64,000 nt of DNA from Octopus sinensis (Eukaryota), in assembly GCF_006345805.1 (NCBI RefSeq), contig NC_043005.1, forward strand, positions 93,558,001 to 93,622,000, read 5' to 3'. Position numbers and translations under genes: made by a program. The notes under the pieces were generated by a model. The model saw only the letters and a list, made by a program, of their open reading frames with translations. It made no database searches and was not told the DNA's origin. Position 1 is the stretch's first letter, and the number at the start of each line of letters is the position of its first letter. Shown here piece after piece: positions 1-14,399 of the stretch.

Positions 1-293
1 CTCCGTCCAGCGTCCCAAGACGGAGGCGCTGCTGGACGGCATGGGCTTGCTTCTCCAGGTGCCGAGCTCCAAGTCCACTGACTTTTCCCGGTTGATTTTC
101 GCTCCTGTCACCGCTTCGTAGTCTTTCAGGGTCTCGCCGACCAGCTCGAAGTGTTCGTGGCTTGACACTATGTCGGTGACGTCGTCCGCGTATGCAGACA
201 CGCTCGTCCCGCATCCCAGTTCTCGCGCGATGCCCCTCAGAGTCTCCAGCTTCCTCAGTAGTGGCTCGAGAGTCAATATGTATAGAAGCGACG

Positions 294-294
<1 letters not shown>
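1..294 (-). mobile_element. Tx1/L1-clade non-LTR retrotransposon, 5'-truncated RT fragment (copy A; continues beyond the window start)
   Basis: Clearly homologous to 5790-6080, which encodes ..SSLLYVLTLE..SAYADD..GAKINREKS..MPS. The 5' junction at ~294 abuts (GATA)n with a 2-nt GA microhomology. Confidence 0.9.

Positions 295-390
<96 letters not shown>
295..390. repeat. (GATA)24 microsatellite between the Tx1 copy B 3' end and the copy A 5' end
   Basis: Perfect GATA run read directly. Confidence 0.98.
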
Positions 391-391
<1 letters not shown>

Positions 392-3300
392 GTTTTTATT
401 GTGGCCACACAGGGCTAAACACAGAAAAAATGGACGAAATACAATGTAGAGTTTTTCTTTTCGAGGTGGGATGGGTGGGACACACAAAGAAAAAACGTTC
501 GATCAATAGGGATCTGTGGGTTATGTGGTGTATAAAAAGCAATATATATAAAGTTCACAGTTTAGGTGTAGCCTTGGAAAGAAAAACCTACAAAAAGCCC
601 AAGGTCACCTCAGACAGTTCGAAATGTACACAAGAGTAAGTCACCTTACCTCTCGTTGTCTCTTTTGATTACAGATTTAAGCTTAAAATGGTGTCGTCTT
701 TCATACTGACCATTTTTTCCACTTTTACCCACTTTTTATTGAAACATTCGTTCGACAAAGCCTTCCTCTCTATTCTCGTCCTCCTTTTCAAGTGGTACTT
801 GAAAAGGTTGACGAGAGACTGACCAGAGAGGAAGGTGTTTGTTTGTAGCCCTTTCAAACGCGTCCACCACACATTCTTTCGCCATAGCCATCAGCGTAAC
901 GAAACCCGTTTTCCCTTCCCGTTGAAAGGAAGGTGGTGGAACAATATTCACGATAGACTCGGCCGATAAGCGGGCCCGTCCTACACGCGACAACAGCTGT
1001 ATGACGAAGGTCCACAGCTCTGAAATATCTGGACACTGCACGAGTGCGTGCAGAACGGTGTGGTCGTTCTGACCGCATCTCGGGCAGGTCGGTCCGGTGA
1101 TGGTTTTCGAACCGTGCCTGTAGTTCTTCTCTCGAACAGGGAGTGCGTCTCGATAGCATTGCTAAGCCAGGGATCTCTGGAAGTTATCCATAGGCCCCGG
1201 CCCGAACGTCGTCCTGAAAAGGCGGGTTAGGAGTTTCTCGTCGACGCCCAGGTTTGCCCCGAGTGTGTCGTCGGACCTCCCCTACACTAGTCCTCTATAG
1301 AACGCTTTAGTCGTTTGTAAGTTGCACAAGTTTGATCCCTGACGTCAGAGCTGCTTTAGAGTTTGGCGACACTCTCGGTGCCAATCGCCCAGTTTCGGTC
1401 TCTTCTTGATCCACGTTTGCAGTTCGGTCAGTGAGACGAGCTGCGGGAAGGCGCGCCTCACAAACGGCGCCCACACCTGTTCACCGTCATCGATGAAGCT
1501 CCAGAGATGTCGCAGTCTCAGCGCATGCCTGCGCATCATCAACCACGACATGCCCAGTCCTCCATTTAACGGATGTTGATAGCAAATGGACTGCCTCACC
1601 ATCGGAACGCCACCCTTCCACAGAAAGCGGAAGACTATGCGTTCCAGTTTGGCGATGGTAGCGTCGGGACAAGGCACGACGGTCAGGCGGTAATCGATGA
1701 CGGATGCGATGTACGCGTTCGCCACCTCCGCCCGACCTTTTAGAGACAGCTTTCTCTCGGCCCATGTTTGGCTGAGAGTGACCACTCTACTCGTGATCTC
1801 GTCCCACTTCTTATCCATTTGGAGGTCCGGACTGAACCAGGCCCCGAGCAATTTAACCGGTCCGTCCAGCGTCCCACTACTGAGCCGCAGTCGGACGGCA
1901 TGGACTTGCTTCTCCAGGTGCCGAGTAGCAAACCCACTGACTTTTCCGGGTTAATTTTCGCTCCCGTCACCGTTTCGTATTTTTTTAGTGTCTCGCCTAT
2001 CATCTGGATGTGTTTTTCGCTCGACACTATGATGGTGACATCGTCCGCATATGCCGACACGCTCGTCCCGCAACCCAGTTCCCGTGGGATGCCCCTCAGT
2101 GCCGCCAGTTTCCGCAGTAGCGGCTCGAGAGTCAATACATACAGAAGCGCTGACAGGGGACACCCCTGACGGACCGAACGCGTGATGTCAAACGGTTTCG
2201 ACAGGTGACCGTTCATCCGAATCACCGATCAGATGCCGCTATACAAGGCAGCGATCCAACCGTGGAAGACGGGACCGAAGCCAGCCGCCCTGAGGACGAC
2301 CGCCAAGTACCGATGGTCTACCCTATCCAAGGCTTTAGACTGATCCAAATTGATCAGCGCCCCACCCATGCCAGGATCCTTAACTACCCTGTCCACAATG
2401 TAGCGCATCAGATGGAGGTTGTCATGTATGGTTCTGCCCGGCACGGCGCATGTTTGCGCCCTGTCGACCAGTCTACCAATGACAAGCGCCAACCTCTCGG
2501 CTATTACTTTGGCCAAAATTTTCAAATCTGCGTTGAGCAGAGTGATGGACCTGCAATTGTTTGGGTCTTTCTTCAGCAACGTCACTGCCCCTCGGCGCAC
2601 GAAACCGGGGATTCTCCCGTTTTGTTGCCAGTTGCAGTAGACTGATGCCAAGAGGTCGCCAAACAAGTCTGGCATTTGACAATACAGCTCGTAGGGTAAA
2701 CCATCTAATCCAGGCCACTTATCCCTCGCACAGCCCGCCATCGCATCCAGCACGTCAGCGGCTGTGATGGGACTTTCACAACACTCCGCTTCTCTTGCCG
2801 AGAGCCGCGGCAGGTCGGTCAGGTAGGCACTGAAATCCATCCCGCGTTCCGACCCACCACTCGCACCAAACAGTCGAGCAAAGTGCTGTTGAAAGGCCTC
2901 ACACATCCTTTCGGGTTCGAGTAAACTGCATCCCTGTTGATCTATTAGAGACCGAATGGTGGCTCTGTTGTCACGTTGCGCCTCCGCTACCCGTCCTCTC
3001 GCGCAGCTTCGATTCCTTCGTTCCTTAAGGCACGCATTTTAGCTCTGACGACGCAACCTTCGTGTTTGGCGTTGAGGTGTTGGTCGAGGGCCATCCTCGC
3101 AGCCAGCACGTTGGTTGCGCTGCCAGTGGTAAGTGCCTCTTCTAGTTTCTTAACCAAGTCTCCCTCTACTCTATTTCGATCTGTCGCTAATTCCTTGCTA
3201 AACCTAACTGATTCCGATTTTATTGCCATTTTCAGGGCGAACCACCCGCCAACGCCCTCTTAATTAACTCGCTAATCCGGTTCCTGTAAACCTGTCGCGC

Positions 3301-4862
3301 TAAGAGCGACGTGTTCAGTTTCCAGTTACCGGGACCCTGTCTATGTGTCTTATCTAAGTCGAGCATACACGTCACAAATTTGTGATCTGTGTAGCTATTT
3401 TAAATTGTGGACATCCTACACTATCCCTATCTTCTGTCCTGCATAGAATTCTATCTAGATAAGATCTCGACGATCCGACGCGGTTTGTCCAAGTCCACGT
3501 TGGCACGTTCGGATGGTCGAGTCGGAACCTGTCAGACAAATGGAAACGTCTGAGCAGGTCTTTGAGGCACTTACACCCCCTTCTATTCCTATCCATTCCC
3601 ACATAGTCTAGATGCGTGTCCAATCCCCTACTAACAGTAAAGGTCTAGACGTACCCAGGAAAACTTCTAGACGTCTGAAGAAATCCGCCCGACCCGTTAA
3701 GGACTGTGCATAAACTGCCATCAGACGGAATGCGCACCCATTTCTGCCATCCACGTCCAAGACAACCAGCCTACCCTCCGGGTCTAGGAATGTTGTTCTT
3801 ACTTTTACATTTAGACTCTTTCGAAAAAGCACTGCGGTACCTCCACCACCCATGTTCGGCAGACAGGGAGAAAATTAAATGTCGAATTGATCGCCAAACA
3901 TGGAGGCGAGGGCCCGCGGCTTGCTGAGTCTGGTTTCACTGTCATCTTCAAAGTCATCTTCACAGATGTTAGTGTTGGATGCAATGTATTCCATTAGTTT
4001 TTTATTGCCCGTGTCTATTGCTGTTAGATGTGTGGTTTTGCGAGGTCATTGATGTTTTGATTGTCTACGCGGAGGCTGTCAGGAGTTAAATCTCTCCCTG
4101 CTTTACTTGCTTGTTTGGTGGGCTTTTTTGATCTTTTCCTTTTACCCCCTGTGGCTATTTGCCATTCCGTCGAAATTTCCTCGTTGGACGAAGAGTCTGA
4201 CTAATCAGAAGGGGGTAAGGCAAAGCATTTGCGTTAATATGTATGTTTGTAGAAAATGTTGTTGTTTTGTGCGGTGTTTTTGTTGTTGTGGTGTTAGGGG
4301 TAGAATTTGTCTTCCCGTCACTGTTATCTGTTTCCTCAGTTGTCGTCCTTGGTGCTGGTGTTGGAATGTCTTTTGATGTTGGTTGTGGTTTTGCTTCTTT
4401 ATTTGGTTGCGACGTCAACGGTAATTGTGTTGGTGCTGTTTCTTTTCATGGTGCTGTTGTTGGGGTTTGTTTGCTAGTTTGTTGTTGTTCTTGGCGTTGT
4501 TCCATATTTTTATATAATTCTTGTATCAGTTGTGGGTTTGGTGGTGTTGGTAGCAGAGATTTTTTTTTTTTTTGTTTTCTGATTTGTTTTTTCTTGTTTT
4601 TTCTGTCCCAGAACGCACTTTGCAATTAAGTGGTCTGGGCTGCCACAGCTGTAGCATCGTGGTTTTTTACCTTCTGCTACCACATACAGGCTTTGCCCAT
4701 ATGATATTAGGTAAGTTCTCGATAGAAGACCCATCGATTTGAAGGGTCACCTCTATCGATTTACCACTCCAATTATCATTTTTAAACACGGCGATTTCCA
4801 ATATGTTTATCGATTTCAAATGATAACATATCGCCAATGTTATCCATTTGGGTGGTATTTCT
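391..4862 (-). mobile_element. Tx1/L1-clade retrotransposon, near full length, frameshifted (copy B)
   Basis: Minus-strand ORF pieces: ORF1 CCHC knuckle CYSCGSPDHLIAKC (4510-4734); APE endonuclease (3372-3853, LLLVGDW, WTWTN..SRSYLDRIL); RT (2229-2906 PGLDGLPYELY..LDQSKALDRVDH; 1740-2225 VRQGCPLS..AYADD); C-terminal CxxC/HxxxxC region (736-1160); AATAAA just before the (TATC)n tail. Confidence 0.95.
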
Positions 4863-6398
<1,536 letters not shown>

Positions 6399-6589
6399 GT
6401 AGTCTAGCGGTGGTTTTGCCTTTGGCTGCACCTCTGCATGTGGACCTTCTCCAGCCCTCTGTATACGACCTGGTTCTGCCCTATCCCCCTCCACAACCAC
6501 CACCACCATTGCTAAGTAGATCACTGGAACTTCTGCCACCATGTTTACCTTGACGAGAATGAATACTGAAAGAGATTTTTTGTTGCCTT

Positions 6590-6690
6590 CTCCAGATAAG
6601 GAAAATTTGAACTCAGAATGTAGAGAGCCGGCAAATATACCGTTAAGCGTTGCTACCGACGCGCCAACAATTCTGCTACTTTCCCACGCG
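6590..6690 (-). mobile_element. tRNA-derived SINE head fragment (family S1)
   Basis: Reverse complement gives agcagaattgttggcgcg..ttctgagttcaaatt, a diverged match to the head at 11889. Confidence 0.6.
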
Positions 6691-7499
6691 CAGGACAACG
6701 TGAACTGCAGTGTTTAACCCGGGTCCGGGAATCAAACCCACGATCTAAGTGAAACCAGCGAACCAGGTGAAACGGCAGGCTTTACCTCAGAGTGTCCCTC
6801 TCCTGGAAGGACGATGTGACAATAGCTAGGGGTCCCTCACTCCTGGTGATTTTAATTGTTTGTAACTCGTCTAAGTTCACTTTCCCTTTGACGAGTTTTG
6901 TTTTCCATCTCGCAGGTTGCTCAAAACCCGCCCTAGTCACCATGCAGGCTCGCCGGTCGCCGATGACCCGACCATATCACAGGTTGTACTGGGTTACGTG
7001 TTACTAGTAACAATGAATAACGACTTGAATATAATTATAGTTTAATTATAATCGTAGTTTATTAAACGAAAGGCTACAGTGGACATTCTAGCAGACAAGA
7101 TGGTTAAGGTCGAAACATCTTTGTTTCTTAACAGTTCATTCGTGCTGATTTGTAACTCAAAAATAGAGGTTGCTGCTCATTGACAATATATTTATATTTT
7201 CAAACATCGTTTCATTCAGCTGCTAACGGAACATCGAATGGGAGTGCTAAAAAACACACCGATTCTCTTGCTTCTTAAATAGTTTTGTGATTTCTTCTTA
7301 CAAACTAAAGACATCTGTCGGGCGTTTTCTTGTGAAATATCTATTATAATAAGTATGTCTGAGTGAAACGACCAGAATCATCATTACAAGGCGATAGTGT
7401 TTCACTCTGTAAACGCTTAGAACACCAAGAGACACCTGGCGACTTTACTTACAATATCATACAACTGCAACAATAATTCGCCTTTTTTTACTTTCATCT

Positions 7500-7622
<123 letters not shown>

Positions 7623-7884
7623 ACTTAACGGAAAATTAAATTCCTTTAATCTGATATAGTATTTTAGTGAATACAGCTGTGGCAGTGGTTTCGCTGTTGA
7701 GGTTAGGAGTGACGTCTTTGAAGGTGGAAGTGATGGTGGGATCGTGGTGGCTGCGGCGATTGTGGTAGTGGTGGTGGTGGTGGTGGTGGTGGTGGTGAAG
7801 GAAATGGTAGTAATAGCAGTGGTGGTGGCGGCGGCGATAGCAATGCTGGAATTGCTGAAAAAAGATGGAAGACGAAAGAAAAGA

Positions 7885-8100
7885 ATTCATACATCTGTAT
7901 TCTTTTACTTGTCTCAGTCATTGGACTGCGACCATGCTGGAGCACTGCTTTGAAGTATTTAAACGAATAAATTTATCCTAGTGCTTATTTGATGTCTGAT
8001 ACTAACTCTATCGTTTCTTTGCACCGAACTGCTGGTTACGCAGACGTAAACAAACCAACACCGTTGTCTGTTGAAGGGGGCAAATACAAAGACGTACATG
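7885..8100 (-). mobile_element. SINE family S2, 3' half, diverged
   Basis: ttttacttgtctcagtcattggactgcgaccatgctggagcact is the reverse complement of the S2 tail at 23290-23345 and 28320-28372. Confidence 0.75.
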
Positions 8101-9024
8101 AGCCAGATAGATATATAAATAGCCGTATGTATATTTAGCGGGGCAAAATGAAAAAAAAACATTCACCAGTCTTGATAAATGTTTTAGCCTTAAAAGCACA
8201 GTGTACACTGGTTCAAATTACGATGGAAACTTTAAAAACAAAAATGATAAAACATTAGCGACATAAAGACACCATCTGCCTAATTTTATATACGCCTCAT
8301 CAACAGCCGCGTAAAATATGCGAAGTCTTTCTGCCTTGCTTGCATATGCGTGCTTGTGTATGTATGTATGTATGTATGTATGTCCCATTTGACTTTGCAT
8401 GTATCTTGCTGTTGCTCTCATTCGTAGTTTTGCCGTCGATTGCTCTTATGCGATACATCTGAGATACCTATCTTCTGGTCGTCTGTTCGATTTGTGGTAT
8501 TTTGCCCCAGGATACACACTCCTGAAATTATTTATCTTAATTGAAGTTACAGTGCTGAAAACTGTTGACAGGTTCGTTTGTCTGCGTAGCACATTCAATC
8601 TTTCTCGCTCCTCAAAACCTGAAATATCTCTAAGGTTTCAAAAAAGACTGATTCCTTCAGGTATTTTTCGTCTCTCGCTACTCCCAACATGGCGTTAAAA
8701 CTTGCTGTATATTGTCTGTGTATTGACTTCCTGTCTTTATTCGTCTCATACACGAGTCTTTCACAGTCATCATGTAAAGATCCTTGAGCACTTGCAACAA
8801 ATATATCTAAGACATATTCTAAATATCAGCTGGTCCTTGCACAAATATATTTATGGGGAACAAAACATAGATATTTGACGGAAACCGAACTTTAGGGCAT
8901 TGGGGTGATGGCATATAATCCCTGTTTATGTTGGACAGGACACCTTGTACGAATCTCTTATGATAAAAGGCAGATTTTCTCTGCCTGTTCCCATGTTCCT
9001 TTTTAATACAATTCTACAATATAG

Positions 9025-9485
9025 AATTTCTTCAATTGGAATTTACCTACGATTTTTACAAGTAGATTCGATTGGGTCATGGCATATAAAGTTTTTTCAA
9101 TTTGACCCCCAATTAAGCAAAAATTCGAGAAAAGTAAATATTTTACGATTTGCCTCTCTAATTTCAACTGCTTCACTCATGCTATTACCATAATTTCTCC
9201 TACTTTCTCTTTGCAAGTATACCTTAAACCACTACTCAAAAAAAAATACAGAGCAAACAGAAACAAATAAATACATAACGATTTACTCCTCACACAATTT
9301 CTTCAATTGGAGTTTACCTATGATTTTTCTCAGCACATTCCATTCGCTCATGGCATATAAATTTCTTTCAATTTCACCCCCAATTAAGCAAAAATTCGAG
9401 AAAACTCAATATTTTGCGATTTCCCTCTCTCACTTCAAAGGCTTTACTCCGCCTATTACCACACTTACTCCCACTTTCTCTTTAC
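9025..9485. repeat. Diverged ~190-bp direct repeat, two copies (~9025-9215 and ~9297-9485)
   Basis: Both copies contain aatttcttcaattgg..tcatggcatataaa..cccccaattaagcaaaaattcgagaaaa. Confidence 0.85.
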
Positions 9486-9550
9486 ACACATAGACACGCA
9501 AACATATACATATATGACAGTGTCAATTGTTGAAATAAAATTCTAAGCTA

Positions 9551-9594
<44 letters not shown>

Positions 9595-10181
9595 AGTGTG
9601 TGTGTGTGTGTGCGTGTGTGTGTATGTGAGTGTGTGTATGTGTGTGAGTGTGTGTGAGTGTGTGTGTCTGTGTGTGTGTGTAACAGGGATGAGCCATTAA
9701 TACTGGTCATCCTTTTTGCTAGAGGAAGATCCGCTATGGTCTTATATGCTACACCACTGGTTTTCAATTCATATTAATCAAATTAATATTCAATTTTTCG
9801 CCCTTATTATGTGTGTGTGTATTAGCAATTCGTATAAAATTGCATCAATGACTTGAACTTGAATAAGTGGTTTCACATAAATGGGGATAAATTAAAAAGG
9901 TTTGTTGTTATTATTATTACTGTTTGACTATTGTAATCACGTTTGTTGGTTCCTCGTCAGGGAAACTTGTTGTTGTGTTGCATTTGTTAAAAAATTGTAA
10001 ACCGTAACCCTCCCCCTTTCGGAGAAGGGGCTTTGGTTATTGTTTAAAAATTGAATTGTGTCCCTGTTTGGGGAAATTGACAATATTTTCACCGTCTTTA
10101 CGGAAGCATTTTTGTTAAAATGCCTTCGATACAAGAAAGTCCAAAAATTGGAATTTCAACATCAACAACAGGGTACTTTAG

Positions 10182-10355
10182 TATGTATGTATGTATGTAT
10201 GTATGTATGTATGTATGTATGTATGTATGTATGTGTGTGTGTGTATGTATGTATGTATGTATGTATGTATGTATGTATGTATGTATGTGTGTATGTATGT
10301 GTGTATGTATGTATGTATGTATGTATTTATGTATGTATGTATGTATGTATACGTA
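10182..10355. repeat. (TATG)n/(TG)n microsatellite
   Basis: Read directly; it produces the spurious YVCM/YIHT ORFs. Confidence 0.95.
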
Positions 10356-10359
10356 CATA

Positions 10360-11215
10360 TCCCGGGCCCCAATGTATGTATGTATTCCATAGCAGAATTG
10401 TTATATATATTATTTATCCCAGTCAATTTCTTTGGCAGTTGGTATTATGTACACTTTTCGCAACGACATCATGTCGCAACGGAAAGTTCACGTTTTATCG
10501 TCCTTCTCAAGCTTAAAGGATAGGTACATGGCAACGTACAGCTTGTTTTATGGTATGCATAAAGTGTTTCTTTTCTAGGTCGTTGCTGAGACATGTTGGT
10601 CCTGCACGTCAGGGTTCACGTGAGAGGTCATCAGGAAGTGCTTCTTGAGGAGTTCATTCCCAATCTGCAAGATATTATTCACGTCATTTTGATGAAGTTG
10701 GTTGATGTATATATTTTTGTTGTCATTTTTCTTTTTTACATCACTCGGGCAGTACCTGCTGTCTAACTGATACCATATCAAAGGTTGTCTGCTCTGATCT
10801 TAAACCTTTTTCTCCTTTTCTTCTGAGATAGAGTCTGTCAATTTCATTCTTTATATAGAAGTTTGTAGTTCATGACAAGGAGCTTGGTTGGGGGTGCTAA
10901 TGTCTGTGGAACAGATTTCCTTTAAAGACTAATCAAATATCACAAATGTTGCTGTTGGTATTGCAAATACATTGTGGATATTGTCTTGTTGCAAAAGGAT
11001 GACTCTGACGGCCATTTCCTTTTTTAGTCTGGTTTTATATTTTCTGGTTATTGTGTCTTCGTCCACAGCACTTTTCTATGATATCTTTATAGTTCTCATA
11101 GAACAGTTTTCCCACATTCTGTTGTTACATATAAACATTTCTTTTGGTCAAATTCTATCTTTATACCAGCTGAAAATGTTGTGACTAAATCCAGCTGCTT
11201 CTCAACATTACATAT
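10360..11215 (-). mobile_element. Decayed RLE-type (R4-clade-like) non-LTR retrotransposon fragment: RT C-terminus to zinc-knuckle region
   Basis: Manual minus-strand translation gives VEKQLDLVTTFSAGIKIEFDQKK, DRLYLRRKGEKGLR and RHDVVAKSVHN. These correspond to the FSKDIGMEFG, DRLY.PRK.GG.GL and RHD.V motifs typical of this group; the latter two also occur in the R4 copy at 61234-62656. Confidence 0.75.
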
Positions 11216-11686
11216 ATAATTACTAAGATCGTTTGGCGAACCGCTAAGTTATTTTATCGAACTCCTTTGACGAACCGCTAAGTTATTTTATCGATCTCCT
11301 TTGGCGAACCGCTAAGTTATTTCATCGATCTTGTTTGGCGAACCGCTGTGTTATTTTATCGATCACGTTTGGCGAACCGCTAAATTATTTTAAGATTGAA
11401 CACCTTTTGCCCGATTTCAATCTAATTTTCAACATGTTAAAGTGGAAGCGGATTAGTAATTTAAGCGCGGAAATCTAATTTTTTATAAATGAGAGAGATA
11501 TAAAGATAGAGAGTAAGAGAAAGCGAGGGAGAGTCCGAGAGAAAGGAAGAGTAAGAGAGTGGGAAAGTGAGAGAGAAAGGAGAGAGAAACAAAGGGGGAG
11601 AATGTGGCGATAAGAAACAGAAAGGAAGCAACAGAAAGTAACAACCACACCCTCACCCGCGCGTAGAGCGGGTCACCTTAAGCTAG
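11210..11686 (+). mobile_element. Non-autonomous Helitron-like element with five 34-bp internal tandem repeats
   Basis: 3' hairpin acccgc-gcgtaga-gcgggt (11655-11673), then CTAG followed by T. The same end and GA-rich body occur inverted at 49932-50430. Confidence 0.75.
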
Positions 11687-11888
11687 TCATAAATATAAAT
11701 TACATTTCTGTTTGTTTGTTTGTTTTTAGAATACGTGGAGTACACGTAATCGTAGTGTAGTTCACCATTGAACCAGCTTGATTGTTTTTGTTTTTCGATG
11801 TTTTCCACAGTTTCTTTTAAATTATGTTTTAGAAACTCTATCATTACGAATTCAAAAATAGAAGACATCTAATATATATTTGGCAGAA

Positions 11889-12100
11889 GGCGGCGAGCTG
11901 GCAGAATCGTTAGCACGCCGGGCGAAATGCGTAGCCGTATTTCGTCTGCCGTTACGTTCTGAGTTCAAATTCCGCCGAGGTCGACTCTGCTTTTCATCCT
12001 TTGGGGTCGATAGATTAAGTACCAGTTGCGTACTGAGGTCGATCTAATCGAGTGGACCCCTCCCCAAAAGATTCGGTCCTTGTGCCTCGAATAGAAAAGA
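11889..12100 (+). mobile_element. tRNA-derived SINE, family S1 (resembles octopus tRNA-SINEs)
   Basis: A-box-like ctggcagaatcgttagc and B-box-like gagttcaaatt; at least 8 related copies in the window. Confidence 0.85.
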
Positions 12101-13090
12101 ATATATATCTATCGGACTCTCAGGATATCTGTTTTACAATCTAACATCGAAATTCCAGGCTTTTTCTTTTTGTTTATCCTTTTTTGTTTTTGCTTTGGAT
12201 TTTTATTTTGTTTCCTCCCCCACCCCCGATTTTTCCATATTTTATAGTATCCCACATTCCAAAACACTCGCGGCCGGACTTTCTTTAGAAATTTTCAATC
12301 CTTGCATTTTTAAACGTCCACCCGTCCACTATCATCGTACTTCGTAACACAAGACACTACCATGTCTGTATGTATTGTACACACACTTAATATGCATATG
12401 CTTATATTGTGTATGTAGCATCTGACGTAAATATATGTGTGTGTGTGTGTATGTGTATGTATATGCGTGTGTGTGTGTGTGTGTGTGTCTGTCTGTCTGT
12501 CTGTCTGTCTGTATGTCTGTATTCCTCAGTCCTCGTATGTTTCTATGTGTGCAGGATAATAACGGTGTGCGTATTTGTATGCGACACCTATTCATCACTT
12601 GTTTCTCTTGTTGGTCCCAAGCGGTGAATAATCATGAATATTAATTAGGGACCTTTACAAGGAAATATTCGAACAACAAAGAAGAACAAAAAGAAAAATT
12701 CTGTAGTTTTGTTGTGACTGCTGTCAAAAATGAATTTATTGTAATACAGGGTTTATAGTCCCCACGACCCAACTAACCCATATATTTGGTTCACCTGAAT
12801 ATGATACCATCTCTCGACAGACCAACGTGGGAGCTTGCATATGGTCGCTCGATCTTCCACAAATAACAACAAATTTCCTTCGAATCGTATCGTCTTACAA
12901 CGGGAAGTATACTTTGAACAATGCAGTTCTAGTTATGCAAAAAGAAGAGAGGATGATCAAGGTTATAATGCCTTTCAGCGTAGTAAGCCTACTGGATCAG
13001 TGCTGACCTGAGCCTAAAACAACAGCGCTATCTATCTATCTAGCTAGCTATTTATCTATCTATCTGTCTATCTATTTATCTATCTGTCTG

Positions 13091-13146
<56 letters not shown>

Positions 13147-14399
13147 CGCATGCATGTATATACGTACGCACGCGCGCTCACACATGTATGTATGTCTTTC
13201 TACCCGTCTCTATGTATGAATCTCTCTCTCTCTCTCTTTCTTTCTTTCCCATTGTCAGAGTGAGATATTTACAAGTAATGGAGGTGACCGTCAAAGAATT
13301 CTTGAAATGTTTTCCTTTGTTCTCCCCTCCTCGCTCTACCGGAAGAAATGCATTACACAGTATTAGTCGTGGCGCACTGGATCAGGTGTCAGCAATTCAT
13401 CTGAAGAGTCGTAGGTTCTTGTTCCTACGACGTGTCCCCTTTTCCGATCGTGTAATCTTTGTTGTCTCTTATTTACCCGACAACAAAATATGAAAAGAAA
13501 AAGAAACTTTTACAAAGACGGCTTGGTTATGACGAAACCTCGACGTGAGTGTTACTTGTTCTGCAAGAAAGTGGATTACAGTACTTGGAGTGTATTCTCA
13601 TACGAGAAAGACTGGAGGAGAAGTGGTTGGTGGAGGGGGGCAGGGAATGAAGGAGGAAAGGAAAGGAGAAAAGTTGTTGTATAGTTTCAAAAGTGAACAA
13701 TTTTATGATCGAAGCTGTCCCAGTTCTCTTTCTCTTATGACTTCATTATCTAATGCATCCTTTACTTTTCAAGACGGTAAGGGGGTATACTTTAAGGGAG
13801 ATTTGATTGCTACATTTAACACGTCAAATGATCATCCAAAGCCTCTCAGCAGTGTTTCGATCTGTATTTTGAAAGAGTATAGTAATTTGCTTGAAGCATT
13901 GCAATATGTAAATATGAAATGCTTAAAAACCTTTGAGCAAAGCAGGGATAGATTTGAGCAAAGTATGTAAAGCGATGTCAATGAATGAAACCAAGAGCAA
14001 AGATATTGTTTCCTTTCTAAGATTGCTTAATAATCCTTTAATATTTCTGTGAAAATTTCTTCTTTTCACGTAAATCACTAATGTTATGTTTTCTAACTTA
14101 ATATATTTCTACATAGACTACTCTGGGAGTATTTTCACTACATCGCTTCGTTCTTCATATACGAACCGGTTGCCTTACATATTTAATGTCTCGTGACTAA
14201 CTGCTATTTATGCGTTAGCCTTCATGTAAAGCTATCTCTTTGTATACTGGTTGCTGAAGCATGTCATTTCAGAAACCACAAAACGCCTATGGAAGTTACC
14301 ATAATTTCACTATGCACACATTTTCTTTTTCTGAATTTATATGATACATTCTTTCCATTGATTTCTTTCATATAGACTTTGGTCATATATATATATACA

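Noticed and set aside
6900-7007. Polypyrimidine-CAG acceptor followed by gtcaccATG (MQARRSPMTRPYHRLYWVTCY)
   Set aside because: Only 21 codons, no convincing donor, no recognisable protein; it cannot be supported without RNA data.
7636-7953. Poly-His, poly-Pro and poly-Val ORFs
   Set aside because: They arise from a (GGT)n tract, with no flanking coding signal.
11889-11970. tRNA-like heads at 11889, 27937, 47180-47252 and 58160-58232 as tRNA genes
   Set aside because: Each continues into a shared SINE body, and I could not build a complete cloverleaf; they are SINE heads.
13028-13145. (TATC)n tract as another Tx1 insertion site
   Set aside because: Neither flank contains Tx1 sequence. It is an unoccupied microsatellite, which shows that not every such tract is used.
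13240-13550. Possible exon: acceptor near 13258, strong donor-like GTGAGT at 13545, MKRKRNFYKDGLVMTKPR
   Set aside because: No frame stays open from acceptor to donor, and there is no homology or partner exon; at best an untested non-coding or first exon.
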